Position numbers and translations under genes: made by a program | Part shown: positions 1 to 11,392 of the stretch, in pieces | Numbering within the stretch: the stretch's first letter is position 1 | Layout of the letters: the number at the start of each line of letters is the position of its first letter | NCBI GenBank assembly: GCA_965215765.1 | Contig: OZ244118.1 | Location: 175,292-239,291 of the forward strand | Direction of reading: 5' to 3' | Source of the DNA: an uncultured candidatus Porisulfidus sp. | Lineage (GTDB): Bacteria; Pseudomonadota; Gammaproteobacteria; Poriferisulfidales; Oxydemutatoraceae | DNA: 64,000 nucleotides | The notes under the pieces: model-generated | Told to the model about the DNA's origin: nothing | The model's input: the letters and a program-made list of their open reading frames with translations, nothing else | Database searches by the model: none

Positions 1-300
1 GTGCTCCTGCGTCTGCCGCCCGAAAGACAGGCAGAAGTTGCCGAAGTCATTGTTACAGAACAATTATCAGTACGACAAAGTGAGGCTATGGTTGAGGCTC
101 TCCTGAAGCCACGCCCTGCAAAAGCCGCAGACGTCGCGGTAGCCGACCACGAGACGGCAAGTCTTGAGAAGGAGCTGAGTGATCGCCTGGGCACGCCGGT
201 CAGCATGTCGCATCACAAAAGCGGCCGAGGAAAACTGTTGATACGCTATGCCAATCTGGACGTTTTGGAAGGAGTCCTGGAGCTGTTGCGTCGCCGATGA
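1..300 (+). CDS. parB: ParB/Spo0J-family partition protein, C-terminal fragment (5' end outside window)
   Basis: Frame +1 is open from the window edge. The tail ...GRGKLLIRYANLDVLEGVLELL resembles the ParB C-terminal dimerisation end. The stop overlaps the ribF ATG. Confidence 0.6.
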   Translation: MLLRLPPERQAEVAEVIVTEQLSVRQSEAMVEALLKPRPAKAADVAVADHETASLEKELSDRLGTPVSMSHHKSGRGKLLIRYANLDVLEGVLELLRRR

Positions 301-1217
301 GGCTGGTTCGCGGCCTACATAACCTGAAAGCGACAGAAGCCGACTGTGTCGTGGCTTTGGGGGGCTTTGACGCCATGCACCTTGGACATCAGGCTGTGAT
401 CAGGCAGGCTCAGCTTTTGGCGAAGGAGCGGAAGCTCGAGGAGGCGGTGGTGTTCTTTGAACCTTTGCCCAGAGAGTTTTTATACCCTGGGCAAACGCAC
501 TCCCGAATTTACAGTTTCGCAGAGCGAGTGCGGCTGCTTGGGTCATTCGGTGTCAGGAAAGCCATCTGCATACGTTTTGACGCAAGACTTAAAAACCTTA
601 GCGCGCAAGCATTTGTGCGGGAAACATTGGTCAACAAAATTCGTGCCAGGCACATCGTGGTGGGAGAAGGATTTCGTTTTGGCAGCGTCCGTCAGGGAAC
701 TCTGGAGACGATGCGTAGCCTGGGAAAAACCTTGGGATTTTCTGTGACAGCGGTACCGGCGGTGTCTTGCCAGGGGAGCGTGGTCAGCAGTACGCGCATT
801 CGCAGGGCAGTGGGCAGCGGGGATTTTTTGCTCGCTGAGCAGTTGCTGGGTCGGTCTTATGCCATTTCGGCACGGGTTACGCGCGGGGATCAACGTGGTG
901 CCAAATTGGGTTTTCCAACTGCGAACCTGCAAACCGGGACGCGCCCATTGAGAGGTGTTTATGCGGCGTGGGTTACAGGTGCCGCGACAAATGCGCTGCG
1001 AGGGGTGTTGAATGCCGGATGCCGACCAACCTTCAATGGAAAAGATTATGTGGTGGAAGTTCACATTGCCAACTATTCAGCCAATCTCTATGGTCGGCGT
1101 CTGGGGCTAAAAATTGTCGCCAAAATTCGTGGCGAAAGACGCTTTTCTTCTGTCAAGGCGTTGCAGGCACAAATCAGTGACGATGTGCGTACCGCCACAC
1201 AACAGCTGCTGTCGTGA
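297..1217 (+). CDS. ribF: Bifunctional riboflavin kinase / FMN adenylyltransferase
   Basis: 306 aa. N-terminal nucleotidyltransferase motif [12 protein letters not shown]-terminal riboflavin kinase part (GFPTANL..., [17 protein letters not shown]). Confidence 0.9.
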   Translation: MRLVRGLHNLKATEADCVVALGGFDAMHLGHQAVIRQAQLLAKERKLEEAVVFFEPLPREFLYPGQTHSRIYSFAERVRLLGSFGVRKAICIRFDARLKNLSAQAFVRETLVNKIRARHIVVGEGFRFGSVRQGTLETMRSLGKTLGFSVTAVPAVSCQGSVVSSTRIRRAVGSGDFLLAEQLLGRSYAISARVTRGDQRGAKLGFPTANLQTGTRPLRGVYAAWVTGAATNALRGVLNAGCRPTFNGKDYVVEVHIANYSANLYGRRLGLKIVAKIRGERRFSSVKALQAQISDDVRTATQQLLS

Positions 1218-4033
1218 GTGATTACAAGGACACGCTGAACCTGCCGCGCACGGATTTTCCGATGCGTGCCAACTTGCCGCATCGCGAAAAGGAGCGATTG
1301 GCGGGTTGGCAAGAGAATCGGCTTTACGAGTCGGTGTGTCAGGCGAGGAAGGGACGGAAAAAGTTTATTTTGCACGACGGGCCGCCATACGCGAACGGAG
1401 ACATACACATCGGTCATGCGGTCAACAAGGTCTTGAAAGACATGGTTTTAAAGTCCCGATTGCTTGAAGGCTATGACGTGCCCTTTGTTCCGGGTTGGGA
1501 TTGCCATGGTTTGCCAGTTGAGATGGAAGTCGAGAAGCACCTGGCTCGCACTAAAAAATCAGTGAGCGATGCCGGGTTCAGGGAGCACTGCCGGGCGCAC
1601 GCGCGACACCATATTCAGCGGCAGCGAGAAGGGTTTATGCGGCTGGGCATCCTGGGCGATTGGGAACATCCCTATCACAGCATGGATTTTCAGATGGAGG
1701 CAGACATTCTGCGGGCATTGGGCAAAGTCATTGAGTTGGGCTATCTGGAAATGGGGATGCGTCCGGTCTTGTGGTGCCCGAATTGTGAATCGGCTTTGGC
1801 TGAGGCTGAAGTGGAATATATGGACAAGGAATCTCTGGCAGTTGATGTTTTTTTCCCCGCGCTGAGTCCCGAAGCGGTCGGTGACTGCTTCGGCGTCGCG
1901 CCCCCGGAACTGCCCTCTGGTTTTGCTGTCTGGACCACCACGCCGTGGACGCTGCCGGCAAACGAAGCGGTGGCGGTACACCCCGACCTGGTCTACGAAT
2001 TGCTTGAAACGCCCGAACGGGTCTTGATTCTGGTGCAGGAAATGGTTCCTGAGTGCCTGGAAAAATGGAACATATCTTCCGCAAATCTGCTGGGTAGCGT
2101 TTCGGGCAGTGCCCTGGCGGGCATCAGGGTCAGTCGTCCCTTCCCACCCGCAGGGGGCACGGAAGAAGTAAAAGTGATTTGCGCCAAACACGTTTCTGCA
2201 GACTCGGGAACGGGTGTGGTGCATACCGCTCCGACACATGGTCCGGATGACTTTCAGAGTTGTCGGCAAAATGGCATTGCGTGCGGACAAACACACGTGG
2301 ATGGCAAGGGGCGGTTTGATTCAGGCAGTGCTGTTTTTCCCGGCCGCTTCGTGCATGACGCAGACGAAGGCATAGTCGAATGTCTGGCAAGCAGCAACCG
2401 CCTGCTCCACCGCGCCCCGCTCCTGCACGCTTACCCGCATTGTTGGCGACACAAGACGCCGACTCTCTATCGTGCCACTTCGCAGTGGTTTTTGAATATG
2501 GAACACGAAGATTTGCGGCACAGGGCAATGGCTGCGTGCGAGCGTGTGCGCTGGTATCCGAAATGGGGAGAGGAGCGGATAAAGGGCATGGTCGCCAGTC
2601 GTCCGGACTGGTGCCTGTCGCGACAGCGCAGGTGGGGGGTACCGATCGCGGTGTTCAGACACCGTGAAACACACAGGCTCCACCCGAACAGCCTGGAGAT
2701 TTTGGAGTCAGTGGCGAAAAAAATAGAAAAGGCGGGCGTGCAGGCTTGGTTTGACCTGCAAGCAGAGGATGTGCCTGGCGTGGCGGCTTCGGAATATGAA
2801 AAAATCGAAGATGTTTTGGATGTGTGGTTTGATTCAGGAACGACCCACAGTTGTGTTCTGGGTCAGCGGGAGGAGTTGGCAGTTCCCGCCGACCTGTATC
2901 TGGAAGGATCGGATCAGCACCGTGGCTGGTTTCAGTCTTCTTTGCTCACGGCCTTGGCGGAAGGGAGTACGGATGCCCCGTACAGAACCGTGCTGACCCA
3001 CGGCTTTGTGGTGGACGTGAATGGGCAAAAGATGTCCAAATCACGAGGGAATGTCGTTTCTCCATACGAGGTGGTGCAAAAGCAGGGGGCGGACGTTTTG
3101 CGGCTTTGGGTCTGTGCCGCTGATTACAGCAGCGAGATGGTCATCTCTGACGTCATACTGGGTCAAATGAGTGATGCTTACCGCCGCATCCGTAACACGG
3201 CACGGTTCCTGTTGGCCAATCTGTATGACTTTGTTCCCGGTCGACACTGCCTGGCTTCAAACCAGCTTCTGCCGCTTGATGCCTGGGCAGTTCACAGGGC
3301 GTGGGAAGTCCAGAGCTCCCTGCGAATGGCATACGCGGATTACCAGTTTCCTCGGATTTACCAGCAGTTGCATGGGTTTTGCGCTGTGGATATGGGGTCG
3401 TTTTATCTGGACATCATTAAAGATCGCCTCTATACCTCCCGGGCGGATCGCGCGCCCAGGCGATCCGCGCAGACTGCCATGTATCTGATCGTGCAGGCGT
3501 TGGCGCGCTGGATAGCTCCTGTTCTGAGCTTTACCGCAGAAGAGTTGTACCAGGCGATTCCCGAAAGAAGGCAGGACTCTGTGTTTCATTGTGAATGGCA
3601 AGAGGATTTGCGCCCGCTTGGTGAGCAGGGGCCACTTTCGGTACAGGACTGGAAGCGGCTGATCCGCTTGCGCGAGATGGTCACGGAGAAGCTGGAGATT
3701 TTGCGCAAGGCCGGGGACATTGGCTCTTCCCTGGAGGCAGAAGTGACGCTTTTTTGCGACCAGGACGACCGGCGACTGCTGGCCACTTTTGGCGACGAGC
3801 TTCGGTTTGTTTTACTGACCTCGGGAGTGGAGGTTGTTGCTGCCAGCGAACGACCCGCAGATGCGCTGTCTTGCGACGAGAGTCTCTGGATGCTTATGAG
3901 ACCCTCCCCGTACGAAAAGTGTGCGCGGTGCTGGAATCGTTGTCGCGATGTCGGTGCCAGTGACGCGCACCCGGGAATTTGTGCACGGTGCGTGGAGAAC
4001 CTTGGGGAGGGAGAGGTGCGCAAATATGCTTAA
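1214..4033 (+). CDS. ileS: Isoleucine--tRNA ligase
   Basis: 939 aa. Class I HIGH region ([13 protein letters not shown]), KMSKS loop ([10 protein letters not shown]) and a C-terminal Cys-rich Zn finger (CARCWNRC...CARC). GTG start overlaps the ribF stop. Confidence 0.97.
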   Translation: MSDYKDTLNLPRTDFPMRANLPHREKERLAGWQENRLYESVCQARKGRKKFILHDGPPYANGDIHIGHAVNKVLKDMVLKSRLLEGYDVPFVPGWDCHGLPVEMEVEKHLARTKKSVSDAGFREHCRAHARHHIQRQREGFMRLGILGDWEHPYHSMDFQMEADILRALGKVIELGYLEMGMRPVLWCPNCESALAEAEVEYMDKESLAVDVFFPALSPEAVGDCFGVAPPELPSGFAVWTTTPWTLPANEAVAVHPDLVYELLETPERVLILVQEMVPECLEKWNISSANLLGSVSGSALAGIRVSRPFPPAGGTEEVKVICAKHVSADSGTGVVHTAPTHGPDDFQSCRQNGIACGQTHVDGKGRFDSGSAVFPGRFVHDADEGIVECLASSNRLLHRAPLLHAYPHCWRHKTPTLYRATSQWFLNMEHEDLRHRAMAACERVRWYPKWGEERIKGMVASRPDWCLSRQRRWGVPIAVFRHRETHRLHPNSLEILESVAKKIEKAGVQAWFDLQAEDVPGVAASEYEKIEDVLDVWFDSGTTHSCVLGQREELAVPADLYLEGSDQHRGWFQSSLLTALAEGSTDAPYRTVLTHGFVVDVNGQKMSKSRGNVVSPYEVVQKQGADVLRLWVCAADYSSEMVISDVILGQMSDAYRRIRNTARFLLANLYDFVPGRHCLASNQLLPLDAWAVHRAWEVQSSLRMAYADYQFPRIYQQLHGFCAVDMGSFYLDIIKDRLYTSRADRAPRRSAQTAMYLIVQALARWIAPVLSFTAEELYQAIPERRQDSVFHCEWQEDLRPLGEQGPLSVQDWKRLIRLREMVTEKLEILRKAGDIGSSLEAEVTLFCDQDDRRLLATFGDELRFVLLTSGVEVVAASERPADALSCDESLWMLMRPSPYEKCARCWNRCRDVGASDAHPGICARCVENLGEGEVRKYA

Positions 4034-4511
4034 ATGGATGCCGGTCACTGTGATGGTCACGGGGATTGTGTTGTGCGATCAAATCAGCAAGATTTTTGCC
4101 AATCGTCATCTGGTTCTGCACGAACCGAAGGTCATTGTTGAACACCTGAACCTGACCCTGGTGTACAACCGTGGTGCGGCTTTCGGGTTTTTAAGTGAGG
4201 CAGGGAGCTGGAATCGCTGGTTTTTTGTTGTTTTGACCATCTGCATTGTCCTGTTTCTGATTCATTTGCTCAAAGGCATGGAGACCGAGCACAAATCAGC
4301 GCCCTTTGCCATCGCCCTTATTATCGGCGGGGCACTTGGTAATCTGGCAGACCGAATATGGTGGGGACACGTGATCGATTTTGTTGACATCCATTATTTT
4401 GGCTACCACTGGCCTGCGTTTAACGTGGCAGACAGTGCAATTACGGCAGGTGCACTGGGGTTGCTTTTTTTTGCTTTTCGGGGTTCAAAAAATGAAAGTC
4501 CTTCTCGCTAA
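4026..4511 (+). CDS. lspA: Lipoprotein signal peptidase (signal peptidase II)
   Basis: In-frame ATG at 4026 inside ORF 3921..4511, overlapping the ileS stop. 161 aa membrane protein with NRGAAFGF and IDFVD...FNVADS motifs. Classic ileS-lspA order. Confidence 0.9.
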   Translation: MLKWMPVTVMVTGIVLCDQISKIFANRHLVLHEPKVIVEHLNLTLVYNRGAAFGFLSEAGSWNRWFFVVLTICIVLFLIHLLKGMETEHKSAPFAIALIIGGALGNLADRIWWGHVIDFVDIHYFGYHWPAFNVADSAITAGALGLLFFAFRGSKNESPSR

Positions 4512-5451
4512 CCCAAGAGGCTTCTGTGCCGGCGTGGATCGCGCCATCGAAATTGTTGAAAGAGCACTGGACTACTTGGGGTCACCCGTGTACGTGCGCC
4601 ACGAAGTCGTTCATAACCGCCAGGTAGTCGATCGCTTGCGCAAAAGAGGCGCAGTTTTTGTTAACGAGCTATCTGAGGTTCCTGCGCGCGCCCAAGTGAT
4701 ATTCAGTGCTCATGGAGTTGCCAGATCTGTCGTAAAGGAGGCGCGTGAACGCCAGTTGAGGGTGCTGGATGCCACTTGTCCTTTAGTCACTCGGGTTCAT
4801 TTGGAAGTGTTCAGGTACTGTCAAAAAGGCCTGGATGTGATTTTAATCGGGCATCGTGGTCACCCGGAGGTAGAAGGGACTATGGGTCAATACGACGCCT
4901 CGCAAGGGGGCGAAATCCATCTCGTGGAAACGGCTGCAGACGTTGCGGAAATGGTGGTCAAGCGCCCGAAAAAATTGGCTTATGTCACCCAGACCACGCT
5001 TTCTGTGGATGACACCGCCAGGATTATCAAGGTGCTGAAAGAGAAATTTCCCGGCATCTCCGGTCCGCGCAAGGACGACATCTGCTACGCCACACAGAAT
5101 CGCCAGGATGCGGTAAAACGCCTGGCAAAATGCTGCGACCGCATATTGATCGTAGGCTCAAAAAACAGCTCGAACTCTAACCGGCTATGTGAGATCGCAG
5201 TGAAAAACAAGGTGCCAGCTCGTTTGATTGATGATGCCGCAATGATTGATGAAGAATGGATCGCAGGAAGCGAAGTACTCGGTATTTCTGCCGGGGCTTC
5301 AGCACCCGAGGCATTGGTTCGCGATATCGTGCAGACTTTATACCGTTACGGTGCCGTGGAAGTACAAGAAGCTGACGGCGTTAAAGAAAGCGTGATTTTT
5401 CCGATTCCGTCTGCCCTGCGCTCGCCCGACAAAGAAGCAACCACAGCATAG
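4492..5451 (+). CDS. ispH: 4-hydroxy-3-methylbut-2-enyl diphosphate reductase
   Basis: In-frame ATG at 4492 gives [23 protein letters not shown] (LytB/IspH N-terminus with the Fe-S Cys). 319 aa. Follows lspA as in many proteobacteria. Confidence 0.95.
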   Translation: MKVLLANPRGFCAGVDRAIEIVERALDYLGSPVYVRHEVVHNRQVVDRLRKRGAVFVNELSEVPARAQVIFSAHGVARSVVKEARERQLRVLDATCPLVTRVHLEVFRYCQKGLDVILIGHRGHPEVEGTMGQYDASQGGEIHLVETAADVAEMVVKRPKKLAYVTQTTLSVDDTARIIKVLKEKFPGISGPRKDDICYATQNRQDAVKRLAKCCDRILIVGSKNSSNSNRLCEIAVKNKVPARLIDDAAMIDEEWIAGSEVLGISAGASAPEALVRDIVQTLYRYGAVEVQEADGVKESVIFPIPSALRSPDKEATTA

Positions 5452-5454
5452 AGG

Positions 5455-6362
5455 GGAAGCCTGCTCAGGAGCCATCGGCACCCGCACTTCTCGGCAAGGC
5501 AATTGCAGGAGAAGTACGTGAACTGTTCTGAAATAACGCCGAAACGCGATCACCAAGCCTGCAGATGGTTATCGGTGCCCTCACTTCTCGGAAAGGCAAT
5601 TGCAGGAGAAGTACGCGAACCGTTCTGAAATAACGCCGAAACGCGATCACCAAGTCTGCTCAGGGGACATCGGTGCCCGCACTTCTCGGCAAGGCAATTG
5701 CCGGAGAAGCATGCGAACCGTTCTGAAATAACGCCGAAACGCGATCATCAAGCCCGCTCAGGGGTTATCGTGCCCGCACCTCTCGGCAAGGCAGTTGCAG
5801 GAGAAGTACGCGAACCGTTCTGAAATAACGCCGAAACGCGATCATCAAGCCTGCAGAGGGTTATCGGCACCCACACTTCTCGGCAAGGCAATTGCAGGAG
5901 AAGTACGCGAACCGTTCTGAAATAACGCCGAAACGCGATCACCAAGCCTGCTCAGGGGACATCGGCACCCGCACTTCTCGGCAAGGCAATTGCAGGAGAA
6001 GTACACGAACCGTTATGAAATAACGCCGAAACGCGATCATCAAGCCTGCGTGGGTTATCGGCACCCGCACTTCTCGGCAAGGCAATTGCAGGAGAAGTAC
6101 GCGAACCGTTCTGAAATAACGCCGAAACGCGATCACCAAGCCTGCTCAGGGGTTATCGCCTCCCACACATCCCGGCAAGGCAATTGCAGGAGAAGCACGC
6201 GAACCGTTCCGAAATAACGCCGAAACGCGATCATCAAGCCTGCAGAGGGTTATCGGCACACTCACTTCTCGGCAAGGCAATTGCAGGAGAAGCACGCGAA
6301 CCGTTCTGAAATAACGCCGAAACGCGGTCACCAAGCCTACAGAGGGCTATCGGCACCCTGCA
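5455..6362. repeat. Non-coding tandem array, ~97 bp unit, about 9.3 copies
   Basis: Anchor gaaataacgccgaaacgcg recurs at 5530, 5627, 5725, 5822, 5919, 6017, 6113, 6211 and 6308 (spacing 96-98 bp). The unit is not a multiple of 3. Each unit carries the inverted repeat cttctc-N16-gagaag. Lies between convergent ispH and the SRPBCC gene. Confidence 0.95.
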
Positions 6363-6386
6363 GCCTGGATTGGGGTTGGATCGGTC

Positions 6387-6983
6387 TCAGTAAGGGGGTT
6401 TCGGCTTCTCGCCGTTTCCAGGAGCAAATATGGACGCAAGGTTATCCAGCCCCCCTCTGTAGACGCTTTTTATGACTCCAAGAGACATCTCATCTCTTTT
6501 TTCCTGATCCATGTCTTCGTTTCCGGCACTGTTAAAGCCGCCGGACCAGACAACCAGGCTGTGTCCCGCATCCTCGCCGGCTCCCACACTCAATTCGGAT
6601 ACATAGTCCATTACTGGCAGAACTTTCGGGTCAACTGCCAAGATTCGGTACTCATAGGATCGAGCCTGACCGTCATATCCCAAGAGTTCCTCGCTAATCG
6701 TTACGTCCTCCCCCAGGTAGAGAGTCCGTTTCGCGCCCGGGGTATGCCCCCCTTCGTGAACAGATTTCACAATCGCAGGATGCCACGCTTGCATGTTGCC
6801 GAAGTCCCCGAGAACAGCCCAGACCACTTCAGGTGGTGCTGCCACCTCAACGCTTTCAGAGACCATAAGAAGTCCTTTCGGCTGTTTTTCAGGTTTTTTG
6901 TCGCGCTCACACCCTTGAACGAGTGCCAGCGACAACAGGGAAAACGTTAATAGCGTCAGCCATTTCGGGTTTTTGGAATTCAT
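6387..6983 (-). CDS. SRPBCC-fold (MxaD/polyketide-cyclase-like) lipoprotein
   Basis: 198 aa. Signal peptide with lipobox-like LVQGC. Core VAAPPEVVWAVLGDFGNMQAWHPAIV... resembles SRPBCC ligand-binding domain proteins. Confidence 0.55.
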   Translation of the reverse strand: MNSKNPKWLTLLTFSLLSLALVQGCERDKKPEKQPKGLLMVSESVEVAAPPEVVWAVLGDFGNMQAWHPAIVKSVHEGGHTPGAKRTLYLGEDVTISEELLGYDGQARSYEYRILAVDPKVLPVMDYVSELSVGAGEDAGHSLVVWSGGFNSAGNEDMDQEKRDEMSLGVIKSVYRGGLDNLASIFAPGNGEKPKPPY

Positions 6984-7293
6984 GTTACCTCCGGGAAAAG
7001 CACTAAAGCGAACGGTGCTTCAAGTGTGCCCACGGCAGGGGATTTTATTAGTGGCAAGGTGATCCGTCAACAAGCTGAGGGAAAAGGATACCCACTTCTG
7101 GTCAGCTACGTATGTGTCTGTCGATTTTTGGTCTCTGGTGTGCGGGAAAAGCTTGTTGGCGTTCAAGAAAAAGAACTCGCGATCCAGCCTCTCATGTCAA
7201 GACCTGCCGTACGACTGGTCAGCACTTTGAATATTTTGTGCTTTGTAGGTGAGTGCGGGAGAGGAGAGAGGCAGTGCCCTGCAAGTTTCCTGC

Positions 7294-10014
7294 CTAACGT
7301 ACTGCGCCTCCCAAGAGAGTCCGTACTCGCACTCGCAGTGACGCTGATTCCGGAACCAGCGGCGTTGTGACACCACTCTGTTGGAAATACAGGAGGGTAT
7401 CGTTGCCAGACACCACATTGAAATAGCCTTGAAGCTCAAAATCAAGGCTAAATTCGCCGGTCAGATTGGGCTCAATTTCCTCCTCTATTCCCAAAGACAA
7501 CATCAAGATAGCCTCTTTGTCGCCACCAAGAACGAGGACGGAGTCGGTTCTTTTATCGCCAATTATCAGATAAACACAGTTGGTGGCAGAATCGGATTCG
7601 CACACCGTGACCGTATTGGACGTGACCATACTCCCGGAGGCTTCTGTCAATGTAACCTTAAAAGTGCTATATCTGTCTGGGGCAGGATCCAGTGTAACTT
7701 TCACCGCTACCGAAAGGGGGTTATGCGGTGCGTCAGTAGTAAACCCCAGTGTGCTTCCCGTAACCAGTACTGTGATCCGAACTGTAGACATGGGTTGCAT
7801 TGTGGCTTCACCCTGTTGAAAATTCAGAGGCAACTTGTTGCCGGAGCCTTCATTTGTATAGCCTTGAAGCTCAAAATCAAGGCTGAATTCGCCGGTCAGT
7901 CCGGGGTCAATTTCCCCTGCTATTCCCAAAGACAATATCAAGCGAGTCACACTGGTGCCACCAAGAACGGGGACAGTATCGGTTCCTGGATCACCGACTT
8001 TCAGATAAACGCAGTCAGTGTCAAAGTCGGACACGCACACCGGAACCGTGCCGGAGGTTTTTGTCAATGCAACTCTCAGAACTCTATCTTGTTCAGGGGG
8101 AGGATCCAGCGTGACGCTCGCCGTTACCGGAATGGCTGCATGCGGTGTATCAAGAGTAAATCCCAGTGTGCTTCCCTCTGCCATTACAGTGACCCGAACT
8201 GTAGTCAAGGGCCGTCCGGCATTACCTGGTTGAAAATTCAGGGGCAACCTGTTGCCGAAGCCTTCATTGATATAGCCTCGAAGCGCAACCACAAATTCAA
8301 ATTCGCCGGTCAGACCGGAGTCAATTTCCCCCACTTTCCCCAAAGACAGTATCAAGCGGGTCACACTGGTGCCAGCAGAAATGTCGGCTGTGCCGGTTCT
8401 TCCGCCGCCGATTCTCAAAAAAACGCAACCGGTGTCAGAAACGTATTCGCACACACGGACCGTACCTGAGGTTCTTGTCAATGCAACTCTCAGAACGCCA
8501 TTTTTTTCAGGGGCAGGAACCAGCGTGACGTTCGCAGTTACCGGAATGGTTACAGACGGTGAGGCAAGAGTAAACCCCAGTGTGTCTCCCTCAACCATTA
8601 CAGTGATCCGAACTGCAGGAACTACGGGGAATCCAATAATTCGGGGCAATTGTTCGGCAGTTCCGAAGTCCCAAATATCCGAACTCCAGTTTTCAAAGGG
8701 AGCGATGAGAAGGTTTTCGTTTCCGCAGACGGTACCGGGAGTGGTCGGACATTGTAGTTGGGCAAGTGCTACCTGGGTGGTGACGCCTGATGGTGCCGTT
8801 GCACCAGAGTGCCGTATCGTCGTGCCAACGTAATAGTTTCCAGTTGATGTGAGCGTTGCGGAACCACCTGTGTCGTACAGGAAACTGTTTTCAGGGGTCC
8901 CTGTTGCAAAATTGTTTTCCAGACGACCTGTTCCGTATATAAACCCCAACAAACTTCCAAACCTTAACCCTTGTGATTCAACCCCCCCCGTTGCATAACT
9001 GTTCCTGACCAACCAGGTTTCCTGTAGCTCGCCAATCAGCCCACCTGCCCTTAAGAAGTTAGCAGAACCATCAACATTCCCTGTTGAGTAGGAGTTCAGC
9101 ACTGTTGACCTTCTGCCAGCAGAAGTATCCCCCTGACCCAGTACGCCAATCAAGCCCCCCGCATTAGCACTGGCGGACACTGCCCCAGTCGCACGGCTTT
9201 CGCTGATCATGGACGCTATTGCGCGGCCGATCAGTCCTCCGGCTGTATATGCTCCAGCGTTGATGGATCCATTTGCAAAGCTGTTTAGTACACTTGAACT
9301 CGTCGCAAAGCCAATCAGTCCTCCGACAATTCTCTGAGACAGATCGAGCCTCGCTTGACTTCTCGTTGACCCCAAAACCAAATCACCCACCGCAGAGCAA
9401 CGTCTAACCGTCGCTGTGGAAAGCATACCGACCAGTCCTCCCAAGTATTCTTGGGCTCTAAATCCTGCGATCCGTGATGTTGGCCGCACCACCACATCGC
9501 TTCTACAGTCGCTCAAATTGGCATCTTTGAATAAGCCCACGAGCCCCCCGACTTGGTGACGACCCGCTACAGTCCCCGTTACTGTGCTTCTTTCTATGTT
9601 CCCCAGGCTTTCCCCCACCAGAGCTCCCACTAAATCACGTCCTGTAACGACCACGTTTACCAGGTTAAGGTTTCGTATTTCTCCACTGGAAGACAACTTG
9701 CCAAACAGCCCAACCCTTGATGAGGAAGGGCGATTAATGGTCAGATTGCTGATGGACATATTGTTCCCGTCGAAAGTTCCGGAGAAACCATCAGCGCCAC
9801 CAATCGGAACAAAATCCGTACCAGTGGCGTCAATGTCTACGCACAGCACATAATTGCTGGTCGGACTCGAAGTGATTGCCAGCAATTGGTTGATGTTTGT
9901 GATTGCGTAGGGAGTGTCGCTCCCGTTCCCTGAAGGGTTTTCACATGACGTTTGTGCAGACGCAGAACCTGCAAATATCAGTATCGCAAAAACGAGCACA
10001 CCGTACCGGCACAT
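7294..10014 (-). CDS. GLUG-motif beta-helix surface protein A (C-terminal ...LLGGAVR tail)
   Basis: ORF is open 7294..10125. Preferred start is ATG 10014 (MCRYGVLVFAILIFAGSASA|QT, a Sec signal). N-terminal module ...YVLCVDIDATGTDFVPIGG..FSGTFDGNNMSISNLTINR..RVGLFG. Then many VGGLVG/GGLIG (GLUG-like) repeats and three tandem ~138-aa beta-sandwich-like modules. Tail is SLRVRVRTLLGGAVR-stop. Confidence 0.8.
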   Translation of the reverse strand: MCRYGVLVFAILIFAGSASAQTSCENPSGNGSDTPYAITNINQLLAITSSPTSNYVLCVDIDATGTDFVPIGGADGFSGTFDGNNMSISNLTINRPSSSRVGLFGKLSSSGEIRNLNLVNVVVTGRDLVGALVGESLGNIERSTVTGTVAGRHQVGGLVGLFKDANLSDCRSDVVVRPTSRIAGFRAQEYLGGLVGMLSTATVRRCSAVGDLVLGSTRSQARLDLSQRIVGGLIGFATSSSVLNSFANGSINAGAYTAGGLIGRAIASMISESRATGAVSASANAGGLIGVLGQGDTSAGRRSTVLNSYSTGNVDGSANFLRAGGLIGELQETWLVRNSYATGGVESQGLRFGSLLGFIYGTGRLENNFATGTPENSFLYDTGGSATLTSTGNYYVGTTIRHSGATAPSGVTTQVALAQLQCPTTPGTVCGNENLLIAPFENWSSDIWDFGTAEQLPRIIGFPVVPAVRITVMVEGDTLGFTLASPSVTIPVTANVTLVPAPEKNGVLRVALTRTSGTVRVCEYVSDTGCVFLRIGGGRTGTADISAGTSVTRLILSLGKVGEIDSGLTGEFEFVVALRGYINEGFGNRLPLNFQPGNAGRPLTTVRVTVMAEGSTLGFTLDTPHAAIPVTASVTLDPPPEQDRVLRVALTKTSGTVPVCVSDFDTDCVYLKVGDPGTDTVPVLGGTSVTRLILSLGIAGEIDPGLTGEFSLDFELQGYTNEGSGNKLPLNFQQGEATMQPMSTVRITVLVTGSTLGFTTDAPHNPLSVAVKVTLDPAPDRYSTFKVTLTEASGSMVTSNTVTVCESDSATNCVYLIIGDKRTDSVLVLGGDKEAILMLSLGIEEEIEPNLTGEFSLDFELQGYFNVVSGNDTLLYFQQSGVTTPLVPESASLRVRVRTLLGGAVR

Positions 10015-10339
10015 TGACACCGCCAAAGAATGGCAGGGTTCACAGCACTTAACCTTGTTGGGCTCGTGCCTAAAGGTGGCACTCTTGCAAAGAGCCATCA
10101 ACACTGAAACGACTTGTTCTGACACAATAAATCGACCTCCTGGTTACCCTTAATTAAAGGGCAAATAAAGAAACGAACGAGATCGGGTAATTGTATGGGC
10201 TGCTCGGGAGTTTGTCTGTAAACTGTAGGCGGATGTTGAATTTCGGCTACAGATTCCACGCCACAACTTTGGGCGACAGACAGCCCGGCGATGACCTTGC
10301 CGGGTTCGTACCTTGAAGCAATATCGTGGTGACCCGAAT

Positions 10340-11030
10340 CATCTGCCAAGCAGACTTCCGGTTGCCCGGCACTTTTGTTTTTTCAGCTTTTCCTTTTCGT
10401 CGAGCAGCACAATGCGAAGAAATGGGGTGACCGCCTTGAACGGGAGCTCATTTTGTCCCGAAGGCTTCCAGGCTTCTGACGAAACAGGTGCGGTGCAGCT
10501 CATCGTGTGTGCGCACAGATTTTTCAGGGCTTCCTGCCGGAAGGTGCAGCCAGTATCGGTCTTTCCACAACGAGACAGTCAGCCCCGGCACACAGTGCCT
10601 GTTCCGGCTTGGGCTCGAGTTTGTGGTTGTTTGTTGGTGTTTCGTCCATACGAATGCCTGGCGTAAAAATTGCAAATCCCCGACCATTCTGCCTGTGTGC
10701 CGCCGCCACTTCGCTACCGGATGCCGACTCCGTGACACCCGGGCACTTGGTCTGCCTCGCCCGAACACAAATCAACGCGCCGAGACTCCCTTCATTGACC
10801 TGTTTTTCGCCTCTTTTTGACCCAGACAGCTTAAAAACGTAAACAACAGAACCTTCAGGTGTGGGATACAGTTCTCCACCACCGCTTCCAGCATGACCTC
10901 ATGACGATACACATCGAGAAAAGAAATTCCGTTGTCTGACAGGTTTTGCACTGAGATACCCACCGTTCCTGTAACATCGTGAAGTTTCAAACCCACGAAC
11001 ACTCTTGTGTCACGATTCAGTAGCCGGTTT
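10340..11030 (-). pseudogene. Decayed pyrF copy (frameshifted, 5'-truncated)
   Basis: Collinear nucleotide similarity to pyrF 18832..19530. ORF pieces 10524..10775 (...AIFTPGIRMDETP...) and 10772..11002 (...LKLHDVTGTVG...) sit in different frames. Confidence 0.75.
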
Positions 11031-11059
11031 GCAGAAAATGTTGCGGCATTCAGGAGCCA

Positions 11060-11335
11060 GAGAACGGTGCGTCAAATAGTCACCGGGTTCCATAGTTTTA
11101 CTTCCGGAGAAAACCGCGAAACTTTCTTGTGGGGCACACATTTGAGGCGAATAGTTGCGCAATACTCGTTGTCCGGTTGCAAAACGCAGGAGTTTGATCG
11201 CTGGAGACCCCCGTTACTCTTAACGCCAGGTTTTTCGTGTTTATGACACGGCGTCGTGATGACCTGCTTCAGGCTGGATATGGCTGGAAGCTTACGACCG
11301 GACAGGGCTTTGAAACCATTGTGCTTTGCGGGCAG
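11060..11335 (-). pseudogene. gshA fragments (two pieces joined by an internal deletion)
   Basis: Matches gshA around 19868..19910 (FAVFSGSKT region) joined to around 20350..20510 (SLKQ.ITTPCHK.EK.GVK.NG...VLQ.DNEY.ATIR). ORF 11072..11383 reads this mosaic. Confidence 0.7.
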
Positions 11336-11392
11336 TGCCCTGCTTGTGGAAGAGAAGGAGTGGTGTGTGGCAGTGCCCTGCAAGTTTCCTGC

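Noticed and set aside
5338-6334. Repeated 62-72-aa ORFs (MVIAFRRYFRTVRVLLLQLP...)
   Set aside because: They are generated by the 97-bp array. The unit length is not a multiple of 3, so the frames break every one to two units.
7200-7296. Stop-codon read-through or recoding after ...GGAVR
   Set aside because: The stop codons differ (TAG versus TGA), and the downstream sequences are unrelated between the two families and hit further stops soon. The conserved element ends at the stop codon.
7381-8469. 362-aa ORF on the plus strand
   Set aside because: It is entirely antisense to the repeat-module region of GLUG-A. Its openness follows from the repetitive, stop-poor composition, and it has no independent motif or start context.
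10015-10125. N-terminal extensions of the GLUG ORFs (also 13655..13765 and 18466..18633)
   Set aside because: The in-frame upstream codons precede a canonical signal peptide that begins at MCRYGVL. The similarity among copies there is explained by recent DNA duplication. They are kept only as alternative starts.
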